A stretch of 64,000 nucleotides of DNA from IMG/VR virus record IMGVR_UViG_3300007735_000801. One strand, written 5' to 3'. Below the pieces are notes generated by a model, which worked only from the letters and a program-made list of their open reading frames with translations, made no database searches and had not been told where the DNA came from. Positions within the stretch are counted from its first letter, which is position 1, and every line of letters begins with the position of its first letter. Positions 34,183 through 43,726 of the stretch are shown here, piece by piece. Source of the stretch: a virus. The translations under genes were made by a program, and so were the position numbers.

Positions 34183-34413
34183 ATGGTCCTATTTTTTGAT
34201 AATGAAACCCAAAATGATTTTTGTCGTCAGGTTGAGAAGTACGTAGAACAATGGAGTTCAACATATATAGATGCCGTCATCAGTGTATGTGAGTCCAAAG
34301 ATCTGCCTGTCGAAAGCGTAGCTAAATTTTTATCTAAGCCTATTGTGGAGAAAATCCAGCAAGAAGGCGAAAATTTGAATTTTCTACAAAAAACAACAAA
34401 ATTATTATTTTGA
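34183..34413 (+). CDS. 33: late-transcription coactivator gp33
   Basis: YIDAVISVCE..VESVAKFLSKPIVEKIQQE..LNFL; upstream of gp32. Confidence 0.85.
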   Translation: MVLFFDNETQNDFCRQVEKYVEQWSSTYIDAVISVCESKDLPVESVAKFLSKPIVEKIQQEGENLNFLQKTTKLLF

Positions 34414-34414
34414 C

Positions 34415-34442
34415 TTGACAACCTTGTTTTAGCCTGTATAAT
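34415..34442 (+). promoter_or_regulatory. promoter TTGACA-N16-TATAAT for gp32
   Basis: Perfect hexamers. Confidence 0.85.
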
Positions 34443-34465
34443 ATTCTTACAAAAGGAGATACTAC

Positions 34466-35341
34466 ATGTCATTTAAAGATTTGAAGAAGAATTCGTCGGA
34501 TTTCAGCAAACTCCAATCTGAATTGGAGAAGCAAAATAAAACTAACGATTACAAGGATGATCGTATGTGGCGACCAGTACTGGATGCAGCCAGTAACGGA
34601 TACGCCGTAATTAGGTTCTTGCCAGCAGTTCAAGGCGAGGACATTCCGTGGGTTAAGACTTACCAACATGCATTCCGTGGTAAGGGTGGCTGGTTTATTC
34701 ACAATTGCCCAACAACACTTGGTCAGAAGTGTCCAGTATGTGAAGGCAACAGTGAACTCTGGGCTTCGGGTACTGAAAGCGATAAGAATATTGCTCGTGA
34801 TCGTAAGCGTAAGCTTTCGTACACTTCTAATATTTTGATTGTTGAAGATCCAGCAAGTCCACAAAACAAGGGTAAGGTATTCTTGTTTAAGTACGGAAAG
34901 AAGATCTTCGACAAGATTCAAGAACAAATGAATCCTGAATTTGCAGACGAATCAACAGTCAATCCGTTTGACTTTTGGAAGGGTGCTAATTTCAAGTTGA
35001 AGGTTCGTAAGGTTGAGGGTTATGTGAATTACGACAAGAGTGAGTTTAGCGCAGCATCTGCTTTGTTTGATGGTGATGATGCTAAGATTGAAGCCTTGTG
35101 GAACAGTCAGTATCCACTGAAGCCCTTTGTTGATCCAAAGGAATTCAAGTCATACGCAGAACTCAAGGTGAAGCTTGTGGATGCCCTTGGCGGCAATCTT
35201 CGTAGTGAAGCAGGTGAAGAGGATACATTTGAGTCAGACACAAAGGCTCGTCAAACAACATCATCTCGTCGTTCTGCCCCCAAGCAGGAAACCGAAGACG
35301 TTGATGTTGATACGTATCTTAAGTCACTTGGTGATGAGTAA
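34466..35341 (+). CDS. 32: single-stranded DNA-binding protein gp32
   Basis: DDRMWRP..NGYAVIRFLPA, HAF, CPTT..CPVC, YGKKIFDKI, NPFDFWKGANFKLK. Confidence 0.97.
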   Translation: MSFKDLKKNSSDFSKLQSELEKQNKTNDYKDDRMWRPVLDAASNGYAVIRFLPAVQGEDIPWVKTYQHAFRGKGGWFIHNCPTTLGQKCPVCEGNSELWASGTESDKNIARDRKRKLSYTSNILIVEDPASPQNKGKVFLFKYGKKIFDKIQEQMNPEFADESTVNPFDFWKGANFKLKVRKVEGYVNYDKSEFSAASALFDGDDAKIEALWNSQYPLKPFVDPKEFKSYAELKVKLVDALGGNLRSEAGEEDTFESDTKARQTTSSRRSAPKQETEDVDVDTYLKSLGDE

Positions 35342-35366
35342 TAATTCAGAGTTGTCTGAGTTAAAA

Positions 35367-35392
35367 GAAACCCCCAGCAATGGGGGTTTTTT
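35367..35392. terminator. bidirectional terminator
   Basis: AAACCCCCA-GCAA-TGGGGGTTTTTT between convergent genes. Confidence 0.8.
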
Positions 35393-35393
35393 A

Positions 35394-36092
35394 TTATGCT
35401 ATATTTGCTCTCCAACTAGGCATTTGTTGGTAATCACGACGTAATCCACTAAGAAAATCTGTACTAATACTAGTTACGCTTTGATTGTTATTAGTAACAT
35501 TAGCAGAAGAAGCATTCACTTGACCCTGACCTTGATTTTGGCTTAGATCTCTTGCGTCTTTTAGGTTGTTGGCACCAGCAATCATACTCATAACTTTTGC
35601 AGTTTTTGATTCTATATCACCAATACTACTACGATTAAATGCTGCAGATTTAGCTTGCGCTAATGCTTCCGTAAACGATACTTCTCTCTGTCTTGGTGCA
35701 GGATTTTGTCGTTTAGGAGCTAGATCTTGATCCTGCTTAGGACGACCATACCTTCTTCGTAATAAATCTCGTTCTCTTTCTTTATTAGATTTTTCCAATT
35801 TATTTTGATCTAAATCTAATTCTTTTTCATGAAATTTTTTCATTTCAGGAAGTTGTGTGGGTGTAAAATGAGCATTGTTAGTTTTAGGTTGGCTTTTTTG
35901 CTGCGGATCTAGATTTAAAGGTTGGCTTTTTTGCGTATTTAAATTTTGTTCTTTATCAGATTTTTCAACTTTACTTGGTTCTAAATCTAATTCTTGTTGG
36001 TCAAATTTCTTCATTTCTGGAAGTCTTACAGACATAAAATAGGTATCACTTGTTTCAAGTTTTTCTTTTTCTTCTTTTTGTGGATTTATCAT
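35394..36092 (-). CDS. hypothetical baseplate/tail-associated protein with internal duplication
   Basis: LPEMKKF..ELDL..EKS twice; coupled to gp26-51. Confidence 0.65.
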   Translation of the reverse strand: MINPQKEEKEKLETSDTYFMSVRLPEMKKFDQQELDLEPSKVEKSDKEQNLNTQKSQPLNLDPQQKSQPKTNNAHFTPTQLPEMKKFHEKELDLDQNKLEKSNKERERDLLRRRYGRPKQDQDLAPKRQNPAPRQREVSFTEALAQAKSAAFNRSSIGDIESKTAKVMSMIAGANNLKDARDLSQNQGQGQVNASSANVTNNNQSVTSISTDFLSGLRRDYQQMPSWRANIA

Positions 36093-36985
36093 TAGAAGCT
36101 CATTTCTGTGGTATTATTTAGTCTGTTGGTTTCTTCTTTTAAGTGATTTCTGATTTGTTCCAAGTAAACAGTTCGTTCCCAAGGAATCATGGTTTCTATC
36201 TCATCTAGGCTGTAATGATGATGATACTTCATTTGGAAGTTTTGGCGATAGTATAAATCTAGCGTCAAGTGATCAAAAAAAAAATTTATAAAATTAAACA
36301 GACCCTTTATCTTTATTTGTCTGGTTACACCGTCAGAAGTCTTGTAATCTGAAGATACTTGAATAGACGGCAAAGAATCAAAGTATTCAATGATCATATT
36401 AAATTGCTGTGGTGTTAGATTTTGTATAAACTCTACAATTTCCTTCTCTGGCTTGTCTTCGCAATTGATTACTTCTTTTTGTGTTTGAATTTGCTTCAGA
36501 CAAGAAGCAACATAGGAATAAATTTTATCAGAATTTGTATTATAGTCTGGATACTTTATCAGGGTTTTAATTGTTGGGGGAGACATAATCAATAATAGAT
36601 TATTATTAATTTTTATTTTTGGGCTACTTTTAGGCTTATTTATTTTTATATCATTCAGAATATTGATCTTCAATATAGCATCTTCCCCTGTATCTGGGCA
36701 TTTAATGCTAAAAGATTCAATTTCTCCTAATGATTTGGCTCTTAGTAGCAAGAAGGCATGTTCAAAATCAGCAATACTTGATTCTTTGGCAACAAACCCG
36801 TCAAAGCAAGAATTAATAATATTCATTAAAGTTTTAAGAACACCAGTCTTGTCGTCAGAGTCTTTTACCAGTAAAAGAGACTTTTCTTCCAAAACAATCA
36901 TAGGTCTGAAACACACAGATTTGCCAGACACCAGGGTTTCGCAATATTGAGGAAATGATGAAGTTATTAGATCTTTTAGAGCCAT
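36092..36985 (-). CDS. 26: baseplate hub assembly protein, gp26 fused in frame to gp51
   Basis: FRPMIVLEEKSLL, LLLRAKSLGE, CP (gp26); YYRQNFQMKYHHHYSLDEIETMIPWER (gp51). Confidence 0.85.
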   Translation of the reverse strand: MALKDLITSSFPQYCETLVSGKSVCFRPMIVLEEKSLLLVKDSDDKTGVLKTLMNIINSCFDGFVAKESSIADFEHAFLLLRAKSLGEIESFSIKCPDTGEDAILKINILNDIKINKPKSSPKIKINNNLLLIMSPPTIKTLIKYPDYNTNSDKIYSYVASCLKQIQTQKEVINCEDKPEKEIVEFIQNLTPQQFNMIIEYFDSLPSIQVSSDYKTSDGVTRQIKIKGLFNFINFFFDHLTLDLYYRQNFQMKYHHHYSLDEIETMIPWERTVYLEQIRNHLKEETNRLNNTTEMSF

Positions 36986-36995
36986 AGTATAAACC

Positions 36996-37577
36996 TTAAG
37001 TAATTGTATAATATCTATACATCATATCAACAATAAGAGTTAGATATTGGTTTGGTGTATCATTACTGAATTGAGTAGGAATAATTTGCTTTGGATAGGC
37101 ATCGTATAGTGTAATAGTTTTAACTACATTATCATTTTGATCTAGTGCTTCTATTTCAAGTGTTCCTACAATATCAGTGAAATATTGCACTCTGGTAGAA
37201 TTTTTATTTGTATTACCTGTGTTAAGAAACAAAGCATTAATCCAAGAATCAAAAAAAGATCTAATATTCCATTTTTTATCTACTATGAATTCTATGATAT
37301 ATCGATCATCATAGTTTCGTCGAATTGGTATGCTGATTGGTGGACCAGAAGGAGACATTGTGTCTTCGTAAAATATGATAGATTGTGAAGGAGTCTGTAT
37401 ATTTGAAGCAAATACCGTAAATGCTGTGGGAGCAATCTTTGATCCTCCAGGAATACTAGTAGGAGGTAATATATCGATACGAAAACGATTAGATTTTTGA
37501 AATCCAGATGCAGTTGAAAATGCAGTAATTAGTGTAGTAATATCTGATTTTTGTGGACTTTGAGGATTGTTTGGCAT
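36996..37577 (-). CDS. tail-tube-fold protein (gp54/gp19-like)
   Basis: NRFRI, RSFFDSW and LYDAYP motifs. Confidence 0.75.
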   Translation of the reverse strand: MPNNPQSPQKSDITTLITAFSTASGFQKSNRFRIDILPPTSIPGGSKIAPTAFTVFASNIQTPSQSIIFYEDTMSPSGPPISIPIRRNYDDRYIIEFIVDKKWNIRSFFDSWINALFLNTGNTNKNSTRVQYFTDIVGTLEIEALDQNDNVVKTITLYDAYPKQIIPTQFSNDTPNQYLTLIVDMMYRYYTIT

Positions 37578-37578
37578 G

Positions 37579-38010
37579 TTATGCTCGGAATAAGTTATCT
37601 TCTGTTAAAATCTTAAAGACCCAGCCTCGTTCTTTGCAATATATTTCTGCAGCCTTCCATTTGCATGTATTAGTTTCGTAGGTAATACATTCATTCAGAT
37701 GTGCTCTTTTGTTCTTTTTTGGTGTTGGTTTCACTGTTTGTTTTTTTGGTTTGATTTCTACTACGTAAGTTTCTATGATTCCGTCTTTAACTGCCTCAAA
37801 TAAAAAATCTGGGTAGTATTGGTGTAATTGTTTATCTATAGTAGATAGGTAAGGAATCTTCAATTCTTCGCTACACCAGCGAATAATATTTTCATTTTGG
37901 TCTAAATACTTACAAAACTTGCGTTCCCAGTTAGATCGACAAACAATGTTGTCGGCATTGCCTACATATTTAGACACAAATTCTGGTTTATATTTGGTTT
38001 TGTATGCCAT
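37579..38010 (-). CDS. 4: head completion nuclease gp4
   Basis: MAYKTKYKP..KYVG..RSNWERKFC..SEE..YYPDF..EIKP. Confidence 0.92.
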   Translation of the reverse strand: MAYKTKYKPEFVSKYVGNADNIVCRSNWERKFCKYLDQNENIIRWCSEELKIPYLSTIDKQLHQYYPDFLFEAVKDGIIETYVVEIKPKKQTVKPTPKKNKRAHLNECITYETNTCKWKAAEIYCKERGWVFKILTEDNLFRA

Positions 38011-38034
38011 AATCCCAACTATATATCTATACAA

Positions 38035-38808
38035 ATGCCAGTAGAATTTACATTTCCACCAAATACCCCTAATAATAATAGGAATTTTCATCAAGACATT
38101 CCTGTTTGGATGAAGTTTTATTGTGCCGATTATAGTACATTTGCTGGAAACCGAACTAGAGATAGTGTTACAAGTAGAGCATACGTAACTCTGACAATTC
38201 CTTATCCACAACAGCATAATACTTTAAATTCTCAAAATTATCAAGCAGGCGGAAGTTTAAACGTTAGGGCAATAGAAAAAGGAATTCTTGGTAATCTAAT
38301 AGGCGAACAGATTGCTGCAACAGCAGAATTAGCCAATAGTTTTTTTAGTGGTGGTGGAGTTTTGCGATTTGATCACTTTGAATCTATTCTTAGTCCAGGA
38401 GCTAGAAGAACTCATACATTTAATATCAATCTAATTTCAAAAAGCGAAGAAGAATCGTTTCAAGCTAATAAAATAGCTTTATGTTTTCAGACTAATGTGT
38501 TTCCTGTAGCACTAGACAATTATTTAACCATGCGACATCCGCCTTTGTGGTATTTTAAAAGTATAGTTACCGACATACGTGCCGATCCAGGAGACGAAAT
38601 TCAAACTGCCTGGGATGGTCAGCCTCTACCTTGTGTTTTGCGAACTGTGGATATTAATAGATCACCAATTTTAAATACTCCATTTATCGGATCAGATTTT
38701 AAACCAGTAGCACTTAACATTAAATTATCGTTTATTGAACTGGAACCAGCTCTTCAAAAGGGAGACGGATCATTGAACATTATAAGTCGTTCAGAAAGGT
38801 TGGCTTGA
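38035..38808 (+). CDS. 48: baseplate tail-tube cap gp48-like
   Basis: RTHTFNINL..SEEE, PCVL, LSFIELE; synteny. Confidence 0.75.
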   Translation: MPVEFTFPPNTPNNNRNFHQDIPVWMKFYCADYSTFAGNRTRDSVTSRAYVTLTIPYPQQHNTLNSQNYQAGGSLNVRAIEKGILGNLIGEQIAATAELANSFFSGGGVLRFDHFESILSPGARRTHTFNINLISKSEEESFQANKIALCFQTNVFPVALDNYLTMRHPPLWYFKSIVTDIRADPGDEIQTAWDGQPLPCVLRTVDINRSPILNTPFIGSDFKPVALNIKLSFIELEPALQKGDGSLNIISRSERLA

Positions 38809-38814
38809 CCTTAA

Positions 38815-40617
38815 ATGTTTGAATATTTTCCTAAAATTCAATATAATTTTGACGGAATTACACAAACAGTAACCAATATATTCAAATCCGTCAATGTTAC
38901 AGTAGACCAACAAGATAATGTAACAACAAGCACCACAATCCCTGGAGAAAGACCAGACCAATTGTCAGCAAGATTGTTTAACCGAACTGATTACTTTTGG
39001 TCTTTATTTTTAACTAATGGCATTAAAAATCCATTAAGGGAATGGGCACAATCACAGGATAGTTATACGGCACAGATTGAAAAGGAATATGATGGCTGGT
39101 ATTATCAGTTTGCAAATACCTCTAATTATCTTCCAGGTGTTACTGCCTATCAAGATATTAGTAAAATCGATGCGTATCAGGGAGTAGATCTAACTGGCAT
39201 TAGTGTCGGAGATTTAATCATTTACGAAACAGGAACTGGACCATTTTCCGTTAAGTGCTTGGGTGCTGGTGGAGTTACTTCTTCTGCTGATTGCGGTAGT
39301 CCTCAATTCGGGCAAAGCCTAATACCAGATAATTTTAATAAACAACAAGACGTAGTTCAGGTTTCTGCTGGAGATTACTTTACAGCATGTCTAGATTCTA
39401 AAGGATACATCTATGTTTGGGGCAAAACTCCATCTTTAAGTTCTGCTAAATTTACTCAAAATGATCGTTTGTATTCATCTAAAGACGGCAGATATTCTTT
39501 CATAGATGCTACTGGAGAAAATCTTATAGCAGTTTTAGACGGATCATTAGTCTGTTTTGGTGGCTGTACTGCGTTCAATACTAACTATTCTGGTCAGACA
39601 GGAATAGTGAAAACTTCGTGGACTGCTCGTGGTGTTAGTGGTGGTGTTGCTATTAAATCTGATGGTACGGTAGTCGATTTTGGTTTAAATGGTCCTACTG
39701 GCGTTACCCTAAATGATATAGCATGTGGATACGAATTTTGTGTTGGTGTTTTAGGAAATACAAGAGGTGTTACGGTTTGGGGTAGTAACACCTATAATCA
39801 AAAATCTATTCCAGGCGTAACAGGGGTTACGGCTATTGCTGCTGGATTTGGTCATGCATTAGCAGTAACTGATGATGGTACTGGTTATGGTTGGGGATTA
39901 AATACTAATGGTCAAACCACAATTCCTTCTTCTGGTTATGCTTCTGTTTCTGCGGGATTTAGGCATTCTGCTGGGTTAAAAACTAACGGAAGCTTGGAAG
40001 TATGGGGCAGCATAACCACATACAGTAAAAATAGTGGTTGCACAGGAATAACACAAACAGTAAGTGCCACAGGATTAACAGGTGCCTTTTCTCGGATATC
40101 TTCAGGTAACGATCATATAGTACTCAAGGGCTCAGGAACAAATTACAAATATACTGGTGTTGTTGATTCGGTAGATCCTGTATACAAAAGAATCTTTGTA
40201 AAAGCTTACCAATTCACACAAGCAACGCCAATATTATTAGACGATCCTTCAGGAACTATTGTTTCTTTTTGGAGACTTAATACTAACGGTAGATATGGAG
40301 AAATAAAAACTATCCAGCATCAATTATTAACTATTGGAAAATATTTAGATTCTACCATTTATGTTGACCAAGCAGGTTTAATTTTAGATCCAGTTGCAGG
40401 AAATAATTGGCAATCTATTTATTTGGTGGATCACCAAACGCCAGACACTAATGAGTCATTTATAACCCCAAGAAAACAATTATTAGATATAGATCTATAC
40501 AACAAAACTCAAATTGATCATTTAAACAAAGATCAAATTGTGTTACTAAAAGAACAGATAGGTAATTCCTTACTTACGGATGATGTTATAAATATAAAAA
40601 CAAGTGAATTAATATGA
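38815..40617 (+). CDS. 53: baseplate wedge gp53 with inserted RCC1-like repeats
   Basis: YFPKIQY, GERPDQLS..YFW..N..NPLREW; VSAGDYF, IACGYEF, IAAGFGH and VSAGFRH repeats. Confidence 0.8.
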   Translation: MFEYFPKIQYNFDGITQTVTNIFKSVNVTVDQQDNVTTSTTIPGERPDQLSARLFNRTDYFWSLFLTNGIKNPLREWAQSQDSYTAQIEKEYDGWYYQFANTSNYLPGVTAYQDISKIDAYQGVDLTGISVGDLIIYETGTGPFSVKCLGAGGVTSSADCGSPQFGQSLIPDNFNKQQDVVQVSAGDYFTACLDSKGYIYVWGKTPSLSSAKFTQNDRLYSSKDGRYSFIDATGENLIAVLDGSLVCFGGCTAFNTNYSGQTGIVKTSWTARGVSGGVAIKSDGTVVDFGLNGPTGVTLNDIACGYEFCVGVLGNTRGVTVWGSNTYNQKSIPGVTGVTAIAAGFGHALAVTDDGTGYGWGLNTNGQTTIPSSGYASVSAGFRHSAGLKTNGSLEVWGSITTYSKNSGCTGITQTVSATGLTGAFSRISSGNDHIVLKGSGTNYKYTGVVDSVDPVYKRIFVKAYQFTQATPILLDDPSGTIVSFWRLNTNGRYGEIKTIQHQLLTIGKYLDSTIYVDQAGLILDPVAGNNWQSIYLVDHQTPDTNESFITPRKQLLDIDLYNKTQIDHLNKDQIVLLKEQIGNSLLTDDVINIKTSELI

Positions 40618-42758
40618 TATCAAATACTGAAATTAATTCTCCAAATATAACAATTACTAGTATAGGTATTCGTAATAGCTTTGGTGTAGATTTTCAGATA
40701 TTTCCAAGAAATAATAGCACTGGTGTAAGTGATGAATCTTTTTTATTAGACGAACTAACAATTAAAGAAGATATGTTTTCGGAAGCTGTATTTGGATCAA
40801 TAAGCTTTTTTGATTCTTCATATATTGTTGATCAATTAAATTTAACTAGTTCTTTAGATAGTGTTTATTTTAAACTAAATGCGTTTGATACTAATCATGA
40901 ATATAGAATATTGGACGTAAATGTTGCATCAGACCTTGCCAGCAAACAAGTACACGGTCCTATTGGCACTGTAAACAAAGTAACCATACGATTTTCTTCT
41001 GATTCGTTTATTAATAAAAATTTTGATACTTTGTTTGATGCAAATTATATTGGAAAAATTTCAAAAGGTTCTGGTTCAGAGTCAGGAACACTATCCACAC
41101 CACCAGGCTTTGACCAAGCAGAATACCAAACACACGAAGCTAAGATGCAGGGGTTTGTTCAGCATTTAATGGAAAAGTATAATTCAACAATAGGTATTGC
41201 TGGTCAAAAACCTCTAAATGCTGATGATACCCATAATGATATTTGGGTAAAGACCGAGAATTTCTTTTATCCTTTATTTAAAATAGGAAATAATTTACGT
41301 ATTTCTCAATTAATGAATTATGTTTGTGAATATGCTTGCTACAAAAAGAATCCTAAAGCTGTTAATTTTTTCTTTTGGGAAGATACTCAAAAATGGAATT
41401 TTAAATGCATTGAATCTCTGCTATCAGATCCGAATAATTTTAAAGGATATTATAATTTAGCAGGAGATAGAGGTCAAAGTGAAAATTATTCAGATACTAT
41501 AGTTGCGATGGAAGTTATTAGTGATACTTCTCCTTTGAAATTGTATGATGGTGGTGCTGCATTTAGTGAATATATTAGAGTAAAACCTGATTGGGGAAAT
41601 CCGTATCGTGGATTTGTAGACAGCACAAACAGTCTTCTTCGTGAACAAGTAACTTATAATTATAAAGACGCTGCGGGTACCAATACTGCTGAAGGTGGAT
41701 GGAAAAGAATTGCACCATGTTCTCCATTTACTGATTTTATTTTAAACAAATACAAAACAAAACAGGACTATGGAACTGTCAGAATTTCTGATTTAAATTA
41801 CGGATTTTACAGTAATGCCTATAACGCAAAAGACCTTCCTTGGTGGAATTATTACGATTTTAGTTCTCCGCATGGCTATTTAGGTGATAAGATGGCATTA
41901 CCCGAAGCAAGTGGTGGATACGATATTCATAATAAACGTGATTTGTTTGATAAACATCCAGGATCCAAAGAAGTTTCTAGAATTGATTCTGAATATTGGC
42001 AAGCACAATATGATTTTTGTGAATTACCTGGAGCATTTCTCAGAACAATTTATAAAGATATTAAATGGGCATTAACTGAAGCTAGAACATTTTATGCTGA
42101 AGCCAAAGCAGCAAAAAAATTATGGGACGTTTATCGTAATGTTATTTGTTGTGATTCTGCTTCTAGTTCAAATGGTAGTTTTTTTGCCATTCTTACTAGT
42201 GCAGAGGAAGTAACTGCTGGTCCTCCAGGAGGCGTATATCGTTATGATTGGAGACAAATTGAATTATGGCCTCGATCAGAAGTAGATAAAATATCAGATA
42301 CATCTTATGAAATTATAGAATCTAAAAATATACCTTATCATTTTGTTTTTATTAGCTCAAAAAAGCATGCTAAAGGTAGCGATGCGTATAATTTAAATGA
42401 ACTTTTAAATTCTTATATTCCTACAAGCAAAGAAAAAGGGAATAAGACTTTAACTATGGGACCTGGTATATCTGTTCCTACTAATACTATGAGTTATAAA
42501 GATAGAGAAGATACAACTTCATATCCAAAACATTTTTCGATGATGCCTATTGGTGAATATTTAGTATCAGAAAAAGGAAGTTGCGATCCTTCAAGATATT
42601 ATAGTGGTCAAATTGTACAATTACAGGCAGTATCTCCTGATTCTATGTCAAACATTAAAGGTTTTACTACTGGTTCTAACAAACAAAAATCTAAAATTTA
42701 TGTGTTTGATGCACAAAATGCTCATGATGGTATTTGTGGAAAATGTTCGGGAGATTAA
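40614..42758 (+). CDS. baseplate hub protein, N-terminal part (gp27-like)
   Basis: IKEDMFSEAVFGSISFFDS, FFFWED..NFKCIESL; position after gp53. Confidence 0.65.
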   Translation: MISNTEINSPNITITSIGIRNSFGVDFQIFPRNNSTGVSDESFLLDELTIKEDMFSEAVFGSISFFDSSYIVDQLNLTSSLDSVYFKLNAFDTNHEYRILDVNVASDLASKQVHGPIGTVNKVTIRFSSDSFINKNFDTLFDANYIGKISKGSGSESGTLSTPPGFDQAEYQTHEAKMQGFVQHLMEKYNSTIGIAGQKPLNADDTHNDIWVKTENFFYPLFKIGNNLRISQLMNYVCEYACYKKNPKAVNFFFWEDTQKWNFKCIESLLSDPNNFKGYYNLAGDRGQSENYSDTIVAMEVISDTSPLKLYDGGAAFSEYIRVKPDWGNPYRGFVDSTNSLLREQVTYNYKDAAGTNTAEGGWKRIAPCSPFTDFILNKYKTKQDYGTVRISDLNYGFYSNAYNAKDLPWWNYYDFSSPHGYLGDKMALPEASGGYDIHNKRDLFDKHPGSKEVSRIDSEYWQAQYDFCELPGAFLRTIYKDIKWALTEARTFYAEAKAAKKLWDVYRNVICCDSASSSNGSFFAILTSAEEVTAGPPGGVYRYDWRQIELWPRSEVDKISDTSYEIIESKNIPYHFVFISSKKHAKGSDAYNLNELLNSYIPTSKEKGNKTLTMGPGISVPTNTMSYKDREDTTSYPKHFSMMPIGEYLVSEKGSCDPSRYYSGQIVQLQAVSPDSMSNIKGFTTGSNKQKSKIYVFDAQNAHDGICGKCSGD

Positions 42759-42772
42759 TAGGAATATAAAAT

Positions 42773-43726
42773 ATGAGCAAATTAATTAAAACTTTTACAT
42801 TTTCTAAAGATGATTATGGTCCGATTGGTTCTAGTACTGAAAAAACATATGATGTTATTTTAAATAAGGATTCTTCTGGAAATTTTGAAATTAATGATTT
42901 AGGACCTTGTATGAATCCTAATGGTTATGTTTCAAATGTTGATTGTCCAGAAAGCGATCTTCTGTGTAATTGTCCAAAAGAACTAAAACCAAATCAACCA
43001 GAACCATCTGATATATCTCTAGAAAACTTAAAATATAATACTAATGAATGTAATTTAATAATAAAAAATCTTTCTAATAGATGGTTTGGAATTGATTATT
43101 TTAATCCATCATGTTCTTATAATTGTACTGATATTAAAATTGAAGGTAGTTCTTCTTCTGGGTTTACGGGTATTAATGGTGGTGGTGATACTAGTTCTGG
43201 TTCTAGTGGAGGAGATTCTGGTTCTGGTGAAGGAGATTCTGGTCCTGCAGACCCAGACAATGCTCCAATAAGATTATTATATAAAGGAGAACAATTTCCT
43301 TCAGAATTGTCGGGTTCGTCTGGTGAAGGCTCGTCTGCTGGTAGTTCATCTACTGCAGGTTCGTCTGCTGGTCCTAATTTTAAACATTATCTGGAATACT
43401 CTAAAACAAATGCTACTTTTTGGAACACTCCTAAAGAAACGCCACTCTATCGAAAAGCCCAAACCGCCCTATTAACGTATCAGCGAATAAAAATTGTTGT
43501 GAATGGGGATTTTGATATAAAGCCAGGCAATATTGTAGGCATAAACATGCCGACTCCAGAAATGCGTAATATAAGAGAAACAAGATTTTATGGAAAGTGG
43601 ATGGTTTACAAAAATGAACACATAATTACTAGCCAAAAGCACTCCATGATTTTATACCTAATGAGGGATGGTAATTATCACAATCCAAATCAAGTATTCA
43701 ATATAAACATAGAAAAGAAGGTATAA
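42773..43726 (+). CDS. baseplate hub protein, C-terminal part
   Basis: IVVNGDFDIKPGNIV..P..GKWMV..HII..LMRD; G/S linkers. Confidence 0.6.
   Translation: MSKLIKTFTFSKDDYGPIGSSTEKTYDVILNKDSSGNFEINDLGPCMNPNGYVSNVDCPESDLLCNCPKELKPNQPEPSDISLENLKYNTNECNLIIKNLSNRWFGIDYFNPSCSYNCTDIKIEGSSSSGFTGINGGGDTSSGSSGGDSGSGEGDSGPADPDNAPIRLLYKGEQFPSELSGSSGEGSSAGSSSTAGSSAGPNFKHYLEYSKTNATFWNTPKETPLYRKAQTALLTYQRIKIVVNGDFDIKPGNIVGINMPTPEMRNIRETRFYGKWMVYKNEHIITSQKHSMILYLMRDGNYHNPNQVFNINIEKKV

Noticed and set aside
3212-38217. Longest-ORF starts in the track for several genes (3637, 11136, 11629, 18792, 38217 and others)
   Set aside because: The extensions run through promoters or neighbouring genes; downstream starts have an RBS, overlap coupling or the conserved N-terminus
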